A stretch of DNA of 64,000 nt from an uncultured Bacillales bacterium (GTDB lineage Bacteria > Bacillota_I > Bacilli_A > RF39 > UBA660): contig CAMOGG010000001.1 in NCBI GenBank assembly GCA_946614095.1, positions 5,968-69,967 of the forward strand, given 5' to 3'. The notes beneath the pieces are model-generated. The model saw only the letters and a list, made by a program, of their open reading frames with translations, made no database searches and was not told the origin of the DNA. This document shows positions 19,111 to 29,253 of the stretch, piece by piece. Position numbers and translations under genes: made by a program. Positions within the stretch are counted from its first letter, which is position 1. Each line of letters starts with the position of its first letter.

Positions 19111-20178
19111 TTATTCTCCTTGAAGTTTTCTTTTTTGATCTTCTTGAATTAAAGCACCTATTAAATCATCTAAGGCACCATCCATTATTCTATCTAGACT
19201 ATTTGTCGTGTAACCAATTCGATGATCTGTTACTCTATTTTGTGGATAGTTATAGGTTCTTATTTTTTCAGCACGATCTCCTGTTCCTATTTTACTACGA
19301 CGTTCATTTCCTTCTTTTTCAGCTTTTTCTTGTTCTTGTAACTCATAAAGTCTTGATTTTAAAACCTTCATTGCCTGTTCTTTATTTTGAATTTGACTTC
19401 TTTCATTTTGGCAGGTTACCACTAATCCTGTAGGTAAGTGGGTAATTCTAACGGCTGAATCAGTGGTATTAACTCCTTGTCCACCACATCCACTTGAACG
19501 ATAAATATCGATTCTTAAATCATTTGGATTGATTTCAATTTCTATATCCTCATCTGCTTCTGGCATGACGAGTACTGTTGCAGTAGAAGTTTGAAGTCTT
19601 CCATTGGATTCTGTTACAGGCACTCTTTGTACTCTATGAGAACCACTTTCATATTTTAACAAAGAATAAGCTCCATTTCCTTTAATAATAAGCTCAATTT
19701 GACTAAATCCTCCAGCAGTACCATCTATAGAGTTATATACTTGATAAGAAAAACCTTTTTTTTCAGCATATCTTGTATACATTCTAAATAGATCTCCAGC
19801 AAAAATATTTGCTTCATCTCCGCCTGCTGCACCTCTAATTTCCATAATAACGTTTTTATTATCGTTAGGATCTTTTGGAATTAATAATATTTCAAGCTCT
19901 CCATCTAATTTTACTTTTTCTTCTTCTAAAGCCTTTAATTCTTCTTTGGCCATTTCTCCTAATTCTGGGTCTTTTGTCATCTCTTTTGTGCCTTCAATTT
20001 CTTCTAATACTTTCTTGTACTTTTTATAACAATTGACTGTTTCTTCTAGGTCGGACATTTCTTTGGAATACTTTGTCATTTTCTGATGATCACTTAATAT
20101 TTCAGGCTTTGTCAGTTCGTTTTGTAAGTTCTCATATTTTTCCAAAGTTGCTTCTAATCTTTCTATCATTTTTTTCAC
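19111..20178 (-). CDS. prfA: Peptide chain release factor 1
   Basis: GGQ motif (SSGCGGQGVNTTDSAVRITH), PxT-type domain. 355 aa. Confidence 0.95.
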   Translation of the reverse strand: MKKMIERLEATLEKYENLQNELTKPEILSDHQKMTKYSKEMSDLEETVNCYKKYKKVLEEIEGTKEMTKDPELGEMAKEELKALEEEKVKLDGELEILLIPKDPNDNKNVIMEIRGAAGGDEANIFAGDLFRMYTRYAEKKGFSYQVYNSIDGTAGGFSQIELIIKGNGAYSLLKYESGSHRVQRVPVTESNGRLQTSTATVLVMPEADEDIEIEINPNDLRIDIYRSSGCGGQGVNTTDSAVRITHLPTGLVVTCQNERSQIQNKEQAMKVLKSRLYELQEQEKAEKEGNERRSKIGTGDRAEKIRTYNYPQNRVTDHRIGYTTNSLDRIMDGALDDLIGALIQEDQKRKLQGE

Positions 20179-20240
20179 CTCGTCCTTTTCAATGCATTCC
20201 TATTATATCATATTTCCTTTTTTTATGAAAAAAAACTAGA

Positions 20241-20684
20241 TTATTCTTCTAGTTCTAATTCATCTTCATCGATCACAACTAAGTCTTTTATCTCTTCATT
20301 GGTATCTTCATCATAATCATCATCATCGTCATCATCATAGCGGTCTTCTTCTATTTCATCTTCTTGTTTGTCAATTTGATCTTCCTCTTCTTCTTCGTCA
20401 TCATCGTCTTCTGCTATTTTGATTACTTTATCAGATGTATGATTGCTTCTAAGATCCCATTTTCCATTGCTTAATAAGATAAAACGTTTATCTGTTGCTA
20501 AAGCTGTATAAAAATCTGCAATTTTATTTTCATATACTGTTTCTGGTAAATCTAGTAATTTAATTATTTTTTTAAATAATTCCGCAGTATTCATTTTCTT
20601 TTTACTTTCTTCGATAATCATTTTTGCAATATCCTTATTCGATAAAAGTTCTAATTCTTCTTTTTTCATGGATTTTAAACTCAT
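20241..20684 (-). CDS. rpoE: RNA polymerase delta subunit (HARE-HTH N-domain plus poly-acidic tail)
   Basis: N-terminal …FYTALATDKRFILLSNGKWDLRS followed by about 55 residues of D/E. Confidence 0.75.
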   Translation of the reverse strand: MSLKSMKKEELELLSNKDIAKMIIEESKKKMNTAELFKKIIKLLDLPETVYENKIADFYTALATDKRFILLSNGKWDLRSNHTSDKVIKIAEDDDDEEEEEDQIDKQEDEIEEDRYDDDDDDDYDEDTNEEIKDLVVIDEDELELEE

Positions 20685-20794
20685 GATTAGCCCTCCTATA
20701 TCAAATACATTATATGTGCTTTTTTCTAATTTATATAGTAAGAAAAAATACCAATAAATTTATAACATATATCTTTATGATATGCAACCTTTTT

Positions 20795-22543
20795 TTACAT
20801 TTTCTCTGGAATACTCATTCCAAGAACATCTAGTAACATTGTATTTATCTTATAAACTAAGCTTGTAAGGACAATCCAAGATGATTGTAATTCTTCATCT
20901 TCTTCTCCAATGATTTTATTTTCAGCATAAAATTTATTATATGATGAGGTTAGTTTATATAAATATTCTGCTATTTCATTTAGAGATTTTGTTTCTATTG
21001 CTTTATCAAGTGTAAGTGGCAAATTTAAAATTGTTAAAGCAATATCCTTTTCGGTATCTCCTTTTAGCTTTGTGATTTCTTTTGCAGAAATCTTTTCAGC
21101 TTTCTTTAAAAGAGATTTCATACGGATAGTAGAATATAATAAGTATGGCCCAGTTTTTCCATCTAAATCTGAAAATTTTTCTATTTCAAAGATATAGTCA
21201 GTACTTCTAAATGGTAATAAATCTGCATATTTTAAAGCTGCAACTGCTACTATTTTTGCTATATTTTTCTTTTCTTCTCCTTGAATATCTTCTGAAGTGA
21301 TACGCTTTTCTGTTTCTTCACTTACTAAATTAATTAATGTTTTTAATGGCATAACTCCACCATCTCTTGTTTTAAATGGTTTTCCATCTTTTCCATTCAT
21401 TGTTCCAAAACCAACATGTTCTAATACTACATCATCTTCTACTAATTTTGCTCTTCTAGATGCACGGAATACTTGTTCAAAGTGAAGTGATTGACGACCA
21501 TCTACAACATACCAAATTTCATCTGGATTAACATTAATCTTTCTTTCTACTATGGTTGCTAAATCTGTTGTATCATAAGAGACAGAGCCATTTGATTTGA
21601 TGTACATAAGTGGTGGCATAGGAGCTTTATCTTCTTCTTTTGCAACTTCAATAATCTTTGCTCCTTCACTATCTGTTAGTACTTTTGTTTTTTCACATTG
21701 TTCATTTAATTCTTCGAAATATTTCATTTCATCGCTTTCTCCATTCCATATTTCAAAATGAACATTTAATTCTTCATATGTCTTTTTAATATCTTCTTTG
21801 GAAATATCTACTATTCTTTTTAATAAATCATAGTATCCTCTCTCATATTGTTGAAATTTTACTGTAATTTCTCTAGCCTCTTCTAAATAAGCTTCATCCT
21901 CTTTGGCTTTATTACTTGCTAGAGGATAGATTCTTTCTAGATCTTCATTAGTAATTGGAAGTTCTACTTCACTATAATCTCCTTTATAATTTTCATCAAA
22001 GTATGGTAAATCTGGGTACATGTCTTTGATTTCTTTAATCACTAAACCTAGAGGTCTTCCAAAGTCTCCTAGATGAGCATCTCCTACAGCATCATATCCT
22101 AGTAATAAAGCTAATCGTTTTAGAGCTTCTCCTATATTTGCACTTCTTAGATGACCTACATGAAGTGCTTTTGCAACATTTGCTCCACCGTAATCAATGA
22201 TTACCTTTTTTGACTTTTTCTTATCAATATTGGTATAAACATCTTCATTTATTTTATTTAGAATATCTTTTATGTATGAATCACTTAGACTGATATTGAT
22301 AAACCCGGGTCCTGCTACATTAACATTTACAAATCTATCATCTTGTTCTAATTCTTTTACAATTTTCTCAGCTATTTCTCTAGGATTTTGATGATAAACT
22401 TTTGCTAATTGCATTGCATCGTTTATTTGATATTCTCCTAAATCTCTTCTATTTGATGTTTCTAAAGTAAATCTTTCTACATCATATCCTGCTTTTTTTA
22501 TAATCTTTTTTACATCTTGTTCTAATTCTTTTAATATACTCAT
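20795..22543 (-). CDS. argS: Arginine--tRNA ligase
   Basis: HVGH motif (KALHVGHLRS), class I fold, C-terminal …M. 582 aa. Confidence 0.95.
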   Translation of the reverse strand: MSILKELEQDVKKIIKKAGYDVERFTLETSNRRDLGEYQINDAMQLAKVYHQNPREIAEKIVKELEQDDRFVNVNVAGPGFINISLSDSYIKDILNKINEDVYTNIDKKKSKKVIIDYGGANVAKALHVGHLRSANIGEALKRLALLLGYDAVGDAHLGDFGRPLGLVIKEIKDMYPDLPYFDENYKGDYSEVELPITNEDLERIYPLASNKAKEDEAYLEEAREITVKFQQYERGYYDLLKRIVDISKEDIKKTYEELNVHFEIWNGESDEMKYFEELNEQCEKTKVLTDSEGAKIIEVAKEEDKAPMPPLMYIKSNGSVSYDTTDLATIVERKINVNPDEIWYVVDGRQSLHFEQVFRASRRAKLVEDDVVLEHVGFGTMNGKDGKPFKTRDGGVMPLKTLINLVSEETEKRITSEDIQGEEKKNIAKIVAVAALKYADLLPFRSTDYIFEIEKFSDLDGKTGPYLLYSTIRMKSLLKKAEKISAKEITKLKGDTEKDIALTILNLPLTLDKAIETKSLNEIAEYLYKLTSSYNKFYAENKIIGEEDEELQSSWIVLTSLVYKINTMLLDVLGMSIPEKM

Positions 22544-22890
22544 TTTATCTCCTCCACTTGATATCTAAATATCTGATTTTCCATTCTATATTCTATTTCT
22601 ATATCATTCTTTTTTCTATTTATTTTTTTTGTTTCTATTTCTACATTTAATAATTGATTTAAGTCTTTTAATTCAATTATTCCAATTGTTTTTTCTTTTA
22701 AAGAAAATGGGTAAGTAATCTTTAATTCATTATTTTCTCGAAATAATATTTGTTTCTCATAATCATATATCATCATTGTAGAATCATTATCTTTGTATTT
22801 TAGTTTATTCTCTTGTATGATTCCGTTTGTTTCAAATACATCTTTTTTTGTTTCATTTTCTATTCTGATGCAGGCCTTTATTTTAGGCAC
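22540..22890 (-). CDS. DUF1934 (YwiB-like) small beta-barrel protein, co-operonic with argS
   Basis: Position and size match B. subtilis ywiB-argS. The stop overlaps the argS start. Confidence 0.45.
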   Translation of the reverse strand: MPKIKACIRIENETKKDVFETNGIIQENKLKYKDNDSTMMIYDYEKQILFRENNELKITYPFSLKEKTIGIIELKDLNQLLNVEIETKKINRKKNDIEIEYRMENQIFRYQVEEIK

Positions 22891-22996
22891 AATACCACCC
22901 TCTTTAAATTTATGACTTGATTATAACATAAGTTTCTTTTTTTTAATACATATTTTTTTTGGATTCTACAATACTATAAAAGAATGGAGGCTTATT

Positions 22997-24955
22997 ATGA
23001 AACTTAGAAAATCTTTGTGGAAGTTGGCCTGTTTTTTTCTTTTTCTTGTATTTTTATCTGTTATTGGATGTTTTTTATATGTTAAATTATCTCCTAAATT
23101 ATTAATCAATAGTGCAAATAATATTATTCTATATGATCAAAAAAATGAACCTTTTTTTCAAGGAAGTAAATCGAAAGAATGGGTTAATCTTAATGATATC
23201 AGTGATTATTTAATACAATCTACTATTTATACGGAAGATAAGTACTTTTATAAACACTTTGGTTTTGATTTTTTAAGAATTAGTAAAGCAATGTATACCA
23301 ATATTATGAATCATAATATGAAACAAGGGGCTTCTACAATTACGCAGCAGTATGCTAAAAATTTGTTTTTGGATTTTGATAAAACTTGGAAAAGAAAATG
23401 GAATGAAATGTGGTATACTATGCGAATTGAAGCAAGTTATAGTAAAGATGAAATATTGGAGGGTTATTTAAATACAATCAATTATGGTCATGGACAATAT
23501 GGAATTGAAAATGCTAGTAAGTACTATTTTGGAAAGTCAGCAAAAGAATTGGATTTAGCAGAAGCTTCTCTTTTAACTGCAATTCCAAAAGCTCCTAGTA
23601 ACTACTCTCCTATTTTACATTATGATGCTGCTAAAAAAAGACAACTTCTTGTTTTATCTAATCTTGTGAATAATCAAATTATTACAGAACAGGAGAAAAA
23701 TAGAGCTTATCAGGAAGAGCTTACTTTTATTGGGGAAGATGATGAAGTTTCACTGTCTAGTATTCATTATTATCAAGATGCTGTTATGGAAGAATTACAA
23801 AATATAGAACAAATTCCTAAGAATTATAGTAAAGTGAATGGATTGAAAGTTTATACGACCTTTGATTATGATGCTCAACGAATCTTGGAAGAAAAAATTG
23901 AAACTAATTTTCAAAATGTTGATTCTTTAGAAGTTGCAAGTGTTTTATTAGATCCAAATAGTGGTGGAGTATTTGCTTTAGTTGGTGGGCGTAACTATAA
24001 TGAATCTTCTTATAATCGTGCAACTCACTCTCTTCGTCAGGTTGGCTCTACTATGAAACCATACTTATATTATGCAGCATTAGAAAATGGTTTTACTTCT
24101 AGTTCTGCTTTTATTAGTGAAAAAACTTCTTTTCCATTAGATAATGAAGATGTTTATATACCGAAAAATTATAATGATAAATATGGTAACAAAGCAATTT
24201 CTATGGCTACTGCAATAGCATATAGTGAAAATATATATGCTGTGAAGACCCATATGTTTTTGGGGTATGATGCTTTGATTAATGTAGCAAGAAGAGTTGG
24301 AATTACTGAAAAGTTGGAAAGTGTTCCTTCTTTACCTTTAGGAACAAATGAAATTAGTCTATTACATATGGCTGGTGGATATGCAGCTTTTGCTAATTTA
24401 GGTTATAAGATAGAACCTCATTTTATAACAAAAGTAGTAGATGGAAATGGAAATATCTTATATCAAAGAAAAGAGAAGAAAGAACTTGTATTAAATTCTA
24501 GCTTAGTATTTATTTTAAATAATTTGTTAACTGCTACATATGATCCACTTTATATTGATTATAATTATCCTACAGCTATTAGCTTAGCTGCTAAATTAAA
24601 GCATACTTATGCTTTGAAAAGTGGTACTACTCAAAGTGATAACTGGAATATTGGCTTTAATAAGAATGTTGTATGTGCTGTTTGGGTTGGTCACGATAAC
24701 AATCAGGAACTTGTTAAAAGCGACTATAAGTACGCACAAAACATTTGGTATCAAACAATAGAAGAATATGAAAAAGATTTGGATAAAGATGATGGATGGT
24801 ATCAGCAGCCTAAAAATGTTGTTGCAATGCTTGTAGAACCAATTTCGGGTAAACCTGTTAGTGATGAGTCAAAGAATACGAAGCTGATGTATTATTTGAA
24901 GGGAACAGAACCAAAAGAAACTGATCCTACTTTTGATGAAATTGAGGATCATTAA
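22997..24955 (+). CDS. Class A penicillin-binding protein (GT51 transglycosylase plus transpeptidase)
   Basis: N-terminal TM; GT51 motifs (EDKYFYKHFGFD, GASTITQQYAKN); SxxK-type transpeptidase module (GSTMKP). Confidence 0.85.
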   Translation: MKLRKSLWKLACFFLFLVFLSVIGCFLYVKLSPKLLINSANNIILYDQKNEPFFQGSKSKEWVNLNDISDYLIQSTIYTEDKYFYKHFGFDFLRISKAMYTNIMNHNMKQGASTITQQYAKNLFLDFDKTWKRKWNEMWYTMRIEASYSKDEILEGYLNTINYGHGQYGIENASKYYFGKSAKELDLAEASLLTAIPKAPSNYSPILHYDAAKKRQLLVLSNLVNNQIITEQEKNRAYQEELTFIGEDDEVSLSSIHYYQDAVMEELQNIEQIPKNYSKVNGLKVYTTFDYDAQRILEEKIETNFQNVDSLEVASVLLDPNSGGVFALVGGRNYNESSYNRATHSLRQVGSTMKPYLYYAALENGFTSSSAFISEKTSFPLDNEDVYIPKNYNDKYGNKAISMATAIAYSENIYAVKTHMFLGYDALINVARRVGITEKLESVPSLPLGTNEISLLHMAGGYAAFANLGYKIEPHFITKVVDGNGNILYQRKEKKELVLNSSLVFILNNLLTATYDPLYIDYNYPTAISLAAKLKHTYALKSGTTQSDNWNIGFNKNVVCAVWVGHDNNQELVKSDYKYAQNIWYQTIEEYEKDLDKDDGWYQQPKNVVAMLVEPISGKPVSDESKNTKLMYYLKGTEPKETDPTFDEIEDH

Positions 24956-25011
24956 TTTGACTACAATTTTGATTTGTACTATAATAAGAGCTCGTAATTG
25001 CGAGGTGTATT

Positions 25012-26328
25012 ATGACAAATTATATTGATGAAATACAAAGTTCTTTCACAAATGATAATAATATTAAAAAATGGATAACAACATTTTCTAATACTGATAA
25101 AAAATCCTTTTCCAAGACATTACTTTCAAGAATTAGTGTTTCTCAAAAACATGAAGATATTTTAAAGAAAAATAAAGAAGAATACTATCATTTTTTACTA
25201 GTTCATTGGATGAATTTTATTTCTAATATTTCTATAAAACAATTTAATTATCTAAAGAGTAAAGGTATTGTGGATGATGATTTTTTAATTCTTCAAAAAC
25301 AAGTAAAGGGATTTTTAGATACAAAAGATTTTAAAGAAGTAGCTCTTTTATTGAAAAACAAAAAATCTTCTTTTTCTAGATTAGCGAGTCGTTATGGTTT
25401 TCCTCTTAGTGGTCAAAACAATTGGCAAATAATATCTTCTCATTATTTCTTAGATTTCAAAAAAAAACCAGATTGTTTTTTGAGCCTTAATTGTAAACCA
25501 TATGATTTATTAAAGATTTGTAGACTTTTTCAAAAGCAGTGTATTGTAGGAAAGATTCCTTGTCATTATCAATTTGATACTACTTCTTCTTTGATTGATA
25601 ATTTCATTATTTGGTGTGATAAAGAGAATCTTTCTCACTATCTAGATATTTTAAATCATTTACAAGAAAGATATCCTAATTTATTTTCTAGATGTGGAGA
25701 GCATTCTCCTGTTACTGCTTCTGTGCTGCCTTATGTTGGAATAGGATTTCCTCATGATCAAACATTAGAAGAATACTATTCTTCTAGAACTAATTTTATT
25801 CATGACTCTATTCAAGATATATTATGGAATTATGTTAGTTCTCATTATAATCAAAAAATATTTGGTCAGCAAACATTAATCGATTATCTAGCAGAACAAA
25901 TTATATCTGAATATATCAAAGAAATAAATCTTTCTTTTCTAGATCCAAATAAGAAGTATCGAGACTTTCATGAAAAATATCATTTTTTCATTCGTGATAT
26001 TAATAAAAAAGAGTTTTCTCAAGTAATGATTCCTAAGGTTCGTAAAAATCTTATTAAACAGTTCAAAATGGGACATCAAAATAATACTATGACAGATATT
26101 CAACTTTTCTATCGTTTTGGTTGGGATAGGTCTCATCATACAATATCAAAAGAGCTTATTTGTCAAACTATTGAGAAAAATGCTAAGATGATATTTCAAG
26201 CCGATTCTACTTTGAATCAACAATTAAGTTCTTACTTATTATTATCTATCAATAATTATGAAGTACCTAATGATTATCATTCTCAAATTTATCCACCAAA
26301 AAATAAGAGCTTGCAAAAAAGAAAATAG
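25012..26328 (+). CDS. Large hypothetical cytoplasmic protein (438 aa), no recognised domain
   Basis: Intact ORF. Cys/His-containing stretch …RCGEHSPVTASVLPYVGIGFPHDQ…. Confidence 0.4.
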   Translation: MTNYIDEIQSSFTNDNNIKKWITTFSNTDKKSFSKTLLSRISVSQKHEDILKKNKEEYYHFLLVHWMNFISNISIKQFNYLKSKGIVDDDFLILQKQVKGFLDTKDFKEVALLLKNKKSSFSRLASRYGFPLSGQNNWQIISSHYFLDFKKKPDCFLSLNCKPYDLLKICRLFQKQCIVGKIPCHYQFDTTSSLIDNFIIWCDKENLSHYLDILNHLQERYPNLFSRCGEHSPVTASVLPYVGIGFPHDQTLEEYYSSRTNFIHDSIQDILWNYVSSHYNQKIFGQQTLIDYLAEQIISEYIKEINLSFLDPNKKYRDFHEKYHFFIRDINKKEFSQVMIPKVRKNLIKQFKMGHQNNTMTDIQLFYRFGWDRSHHTISKELICQTIEKNAKMIFQADSTLNQQLSSYLLLSINNYEVPNDYHSQIYPPKNKSLQKRK

Positions 26329-26415
26329 AAATCATTTTATTTTCTTTTTTTGTGATATTGTAAGATTGTATTCAAAAGCAGAATTTGTTATAATGAACTA
26401 GAATGGAGTGATTGA

Positions 26416-26946
26416 ATGTTAGAGAGTATCTTACTTACTATAGTTATTGTTTCTTTTCTTTTATTTATTTTTACTATTTGTAATAATCATTTTCAATTAG
26501 CTATTATTAAAATTGATAAAGCAGAAGAAGATATTGATTTATACTTACAAAAGAAAAAAGAATTATTAGAGAGAACTAGACCAATCATAAAAAAGGAATT
26601 AAAGTTAAAAGAATTTATGGATGATTTAGATGAGGATTTGGAAGAGTTCAATCATTTTGAAAAGCATAATCTATTAAAAATAGTTTATAATGAATTATTT
26701 AAAACAATTGATGAAAATGAAAAGTTATTAAAAAGTGATGCTTTATTAAATATTTTAGAGGATTTGAATGATAATGAAGAAAATATTGTAGGTGCGATTA
26801 AGTTTTATAATGATACGGTAGTAGAATTTAATCAATTAGTTGTTTCTTTTCCATCTAGATTGGTAGCATTTTTTAAACGTTATCATAAGAAAGAGTTTTA
26901 TAATAATGAAAAAAGAGAAATATTTGAGATATTAAATCAGAAATAA
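26416..26946 (+). CDS. lemA: LemA-family protein
   Basis: N-terminal TM plus C-terminal FYNDTVVEFNQLVVSFPSRLVAFF matching the LemA YN…YN…FP…A core. Confidence 0.6.
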   Translation: MLESILLTIVIVSFLLFIFTICNNHFQLAIIKIDKAEEDIDLYLQKKKELLERTRPIIKKELKLKEFMDDLDEDLEEFNHFEKHNLLKIVYNELFKTIDENEKLLKSDALLNILEDLNDNEENIVGAIKFYNDTVVEFNQLVVSFPSRLVAFFKRYHKKEFYNNEKREIFEILNQK

Positions 26947-26958
26947 AGGAGAGTTTTT

Positions 26959-27954
26959 ATGAAATTTATTGATCAGTTAAAAGAAAGAGCAAAAAATAAT
27001 CTTCAAACTATTGTCTTACCCGAATCAATGGATCAAAGAGTTATTGATGCGGCTGTAGAAGCTGCTAATGAGGGAATTGCTAATATTATTTTAATTGGAA
27101 ATGAAGAGAAGATTATTTCAAAGAATCGTGATTATGATTTTTCCACTATTCGTTTTATTGATCCAGAGACTGATTCTCTTACAGAAAAATTAATACAATC
27201 CTTTGTAGAGCTTCGTAAGAACAAAGGAATGACTTATGATGAAGCTAAGAAACTGTTAATGACAGATTATATGTATTATGCTTGTATGTTGGTAAAAGAA
27301 GGGCTTGCTGATGGAGTTGTTTCTGGTGCTTGTCATTCTTCTGCTAATACATTAAGACCTGCTTTACAAATTATTAAGACAAAACCTAATACTTTATTAG
27401 TTTCTGCTTTTTTCTTAATGATTGTTCCTGATTGTGAATATGGAGAGAATGGTACTTTTGTTTTTTCAGATGCTGGTTTAGTTCAAAATCCTAATAGTGA
27501 ACAGTTAGCTGCTATTGCTGAAAGTAGTGCAAAAAGTTTTAAACTATTAGTAGAAAAAGAACCTATTGTTGCAATGCTTTCTCATTCTACTATGGGGAGT
27601 GCAAGTCATGCTGATGTTGATAAAGTAGTAGAGGCTGTTAAGATTGCAAAAGAAAAGTATTCTGAATATCAGATAGATGGAGAGTTACAATTAGATGCAG
27701 CAATTGTTCCTAGTATTGCTCAATCAAAAGCTCCTAATAGTAAGGTAGCTGGAAAAGCTAATGTCTTGATTTTTCCTGATTTAGATGCTGGAAATATTGG
27801 TTATAAATTAGTACAAAGGTTAGCTAAAGCTGAAGCATATGGACCTATTACTCAAGGAATCGCTGCTCCTGTTAATGATTTATCAAGAGGATGTAGTTCT
27901 CATGATATTGTGGGAGTTATTGCAATAACGGCTGTTCAAGCTCAAACTAAATAA
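26959..27954 (+). CDS. pta: Phosphate acetyltransferase
   Basis: 331 aa with full-length Pta similarity (…IVLPE…, …ANVLIFPDLDAGNIGYKL…). Confidence 0.9.
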   Translation: MKFIDQLKERAKNNLQTIVLPESMDQRVIDAAVEAANEGIANIILIGNEEKIISKNRDYDFSTIRFIDPETDSLTEKLIQSFVELRKNKGMTYDEAKKLLMTDYMYYACMLVKEGLADGVVSGACHSSANTLRPALQIIKTKPNTLLVSAFFLMIVPDCEYGENGTFVFSDAGLVQNPNSEQLAAIAESSAKSFKLLVEKEPIVAMLSHSTMGSASHADVDKVVEAVKIAKEKYSEYQIDGELQLDAAIVPSIAQSKAPNSKVAGKANVLIFPDLDAGNIGYKLVQRLAKAEAYGPITQGIAAPVNDLSRGCSSHDIVGVIAITAVQAQTK

Positions 27955-27958
27955 GAAA

Positions 27959-27982
27959 ATATCCACAGAATTTTGTGGATAT
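27959..27982. terminator. Perfect palindrome ATATCCACA-gaattt-TGTGGATAT: a bidirectional terminator hairpin made of two inverted DnaA-box-like 9-mers
   Basis: Each arm matches the DnaA box TTATCCACA at 8/9 positions. Flanked by A/T runs between the convergent pta and 27984-28481 genes. Confidence 0.5.
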
Positions 27983-27983
27983 T

Positions 27984-28481
27984 TTAATTTGATGAACTTG
28001 CTGCAACTGCATTTTGTGCACTTTCAATTTCATTTGCTATTGCAACGATAATCGCTAATACTAAAAGATATTCATTTTCATCATCTATATCTATAATATA
28101 TTGATCTCCTATAGAAATATATTTTCTTTTTATTTGTCCTATTTTATTTCCTTTATCATTATAAATTATAAAACTATGATTTATAAAATTTCCTTCTACA
28201 TGATAATGATTTGATAATTCATAGTCATTTTTTAACAATTTAAATTTCTTTTTTATACTACAAATCTTATTATTATGTATATAAATATTATAATGTGGCA
28301 TTAGATGAAATAATTCTTGTTCTACATAAACTAATTCATTTCCTGATAAATCTTTAATCCATGTTTTTCTACCTAATGATATTATTTTACTTGATATTTC
28401 TAATATATCTTTTTCTTTTTCATCTTTTATAAAGTATTTATTGTGTATTGATATTATTTTTTCATTAATATATAATCTCAT
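27984..28481 (-). CDS. Hypothetical protein (165 aa), possibly DUF567/LURP-one-related (YxjI-like)
   Basis: Size and beta-rich composition only. Confidence 0.3.
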   Translation of the reverse strand: MRLYINEKIISIHNKYFIKDEKEKDILEISSKIISLGRKTWIKDLSGNELVYVEQELFHLMPHYNIYIHNNKICSIKKKFKLLKNDYELSNHYHVEGNFINHSFIIYNDKGNKIGQIKRKYISIGDQYIIDIDDENEYLLVLAIIVAIANEIESAQNAVAASSSN

Positions 28482-28494
28482 ATTTACCCCTTTA

Positions 28495-29253
28495 TTATAT
28501 TAATTTTAATATTACATGGAAGATAAAATCTAGTAGCATTGGTATTCCAATTATGAAGCATATTTTTGCTTTGTTATTATAAGATAGTTTTGGTAAGTAT
28601 TTATCTATCAATCTTTGTACTGTATATAATAAGAAAGTTCCTCCAATTGCAAAGTTTCTACTTGCATCCCAGTTAATTCTTTTATTAACATTTAAAAAGT
28701 CTTTTGTATAATCCCATAGCATTATGTGAAAAAATTTATCCATTACAAAGTGAGAAATATATTCTAGTGCTGTTGCAATGAGCCAAATTGCTAAAAAGAC
28801 TAAGATTATCGTTAAATCAATTTCTTTTACTTTTTTATTTTTGGCAAGTAAGTTTATCATTAATAAGCCTATAATATTTACAATTAAAAGACCTATACCA
28901 TACTCCTTTAAGTAAATACTTACTTGGTAAATTTTAGGGGTAGTATATTCGATGATTGTTGTATAGATGAATGTTATTATCGTTATTGTAGCAATACTTC
29001 TAGTAATTCCATCTTTTACTGGGTGCTTTTTTTTCATCATATTTTTTAGGCTAAAGTATAACAATATCATACCAAAGCCATAAATTGGAAGAAATGGTCC
29101 TATTAAAACTCCTCTATTAATCCATTTATGAGGTGCTACTACAAAACGCATCCATATCACTTCATATAGCCAACCAATTAAGGCATAGATACAAAATATT
29201 AAATATATATTTACAAATAATTCTATTTTCTTTTTCATGATTCGATTCTCCAA
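28495..29253 (-). CDS. Polytopic membrane protein, possibly DUF1113 ('putative ABC-transporter type IV') family
   Basis: YALIGWLYEVIW…NRGVLIGPFLPIYGFG motif. Confidence 0.35.
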   Translation of the reverse strand: MENRIMKKKIELFVNIYLIFCIYALIGWLYEVIWMRFVVAPHKWINRGVLIGPFLPIYGFGMILLYFSLKNMMKKKHPVKDGITRSIATITIITFIYTTIIEYTTPKIYQVSIYLKEYGIGLLIVNIIGLLMINLLAKNKKVKEIDLTIILVFLAIWLIATALEYISHFVMDKFFHIMLWDYTKDFLNVNKRINWDASRNFAIGGTFLLYTVQRLIDKYLPKLSYNNKAKICFIIGIPMLLDFIFHVILKLI

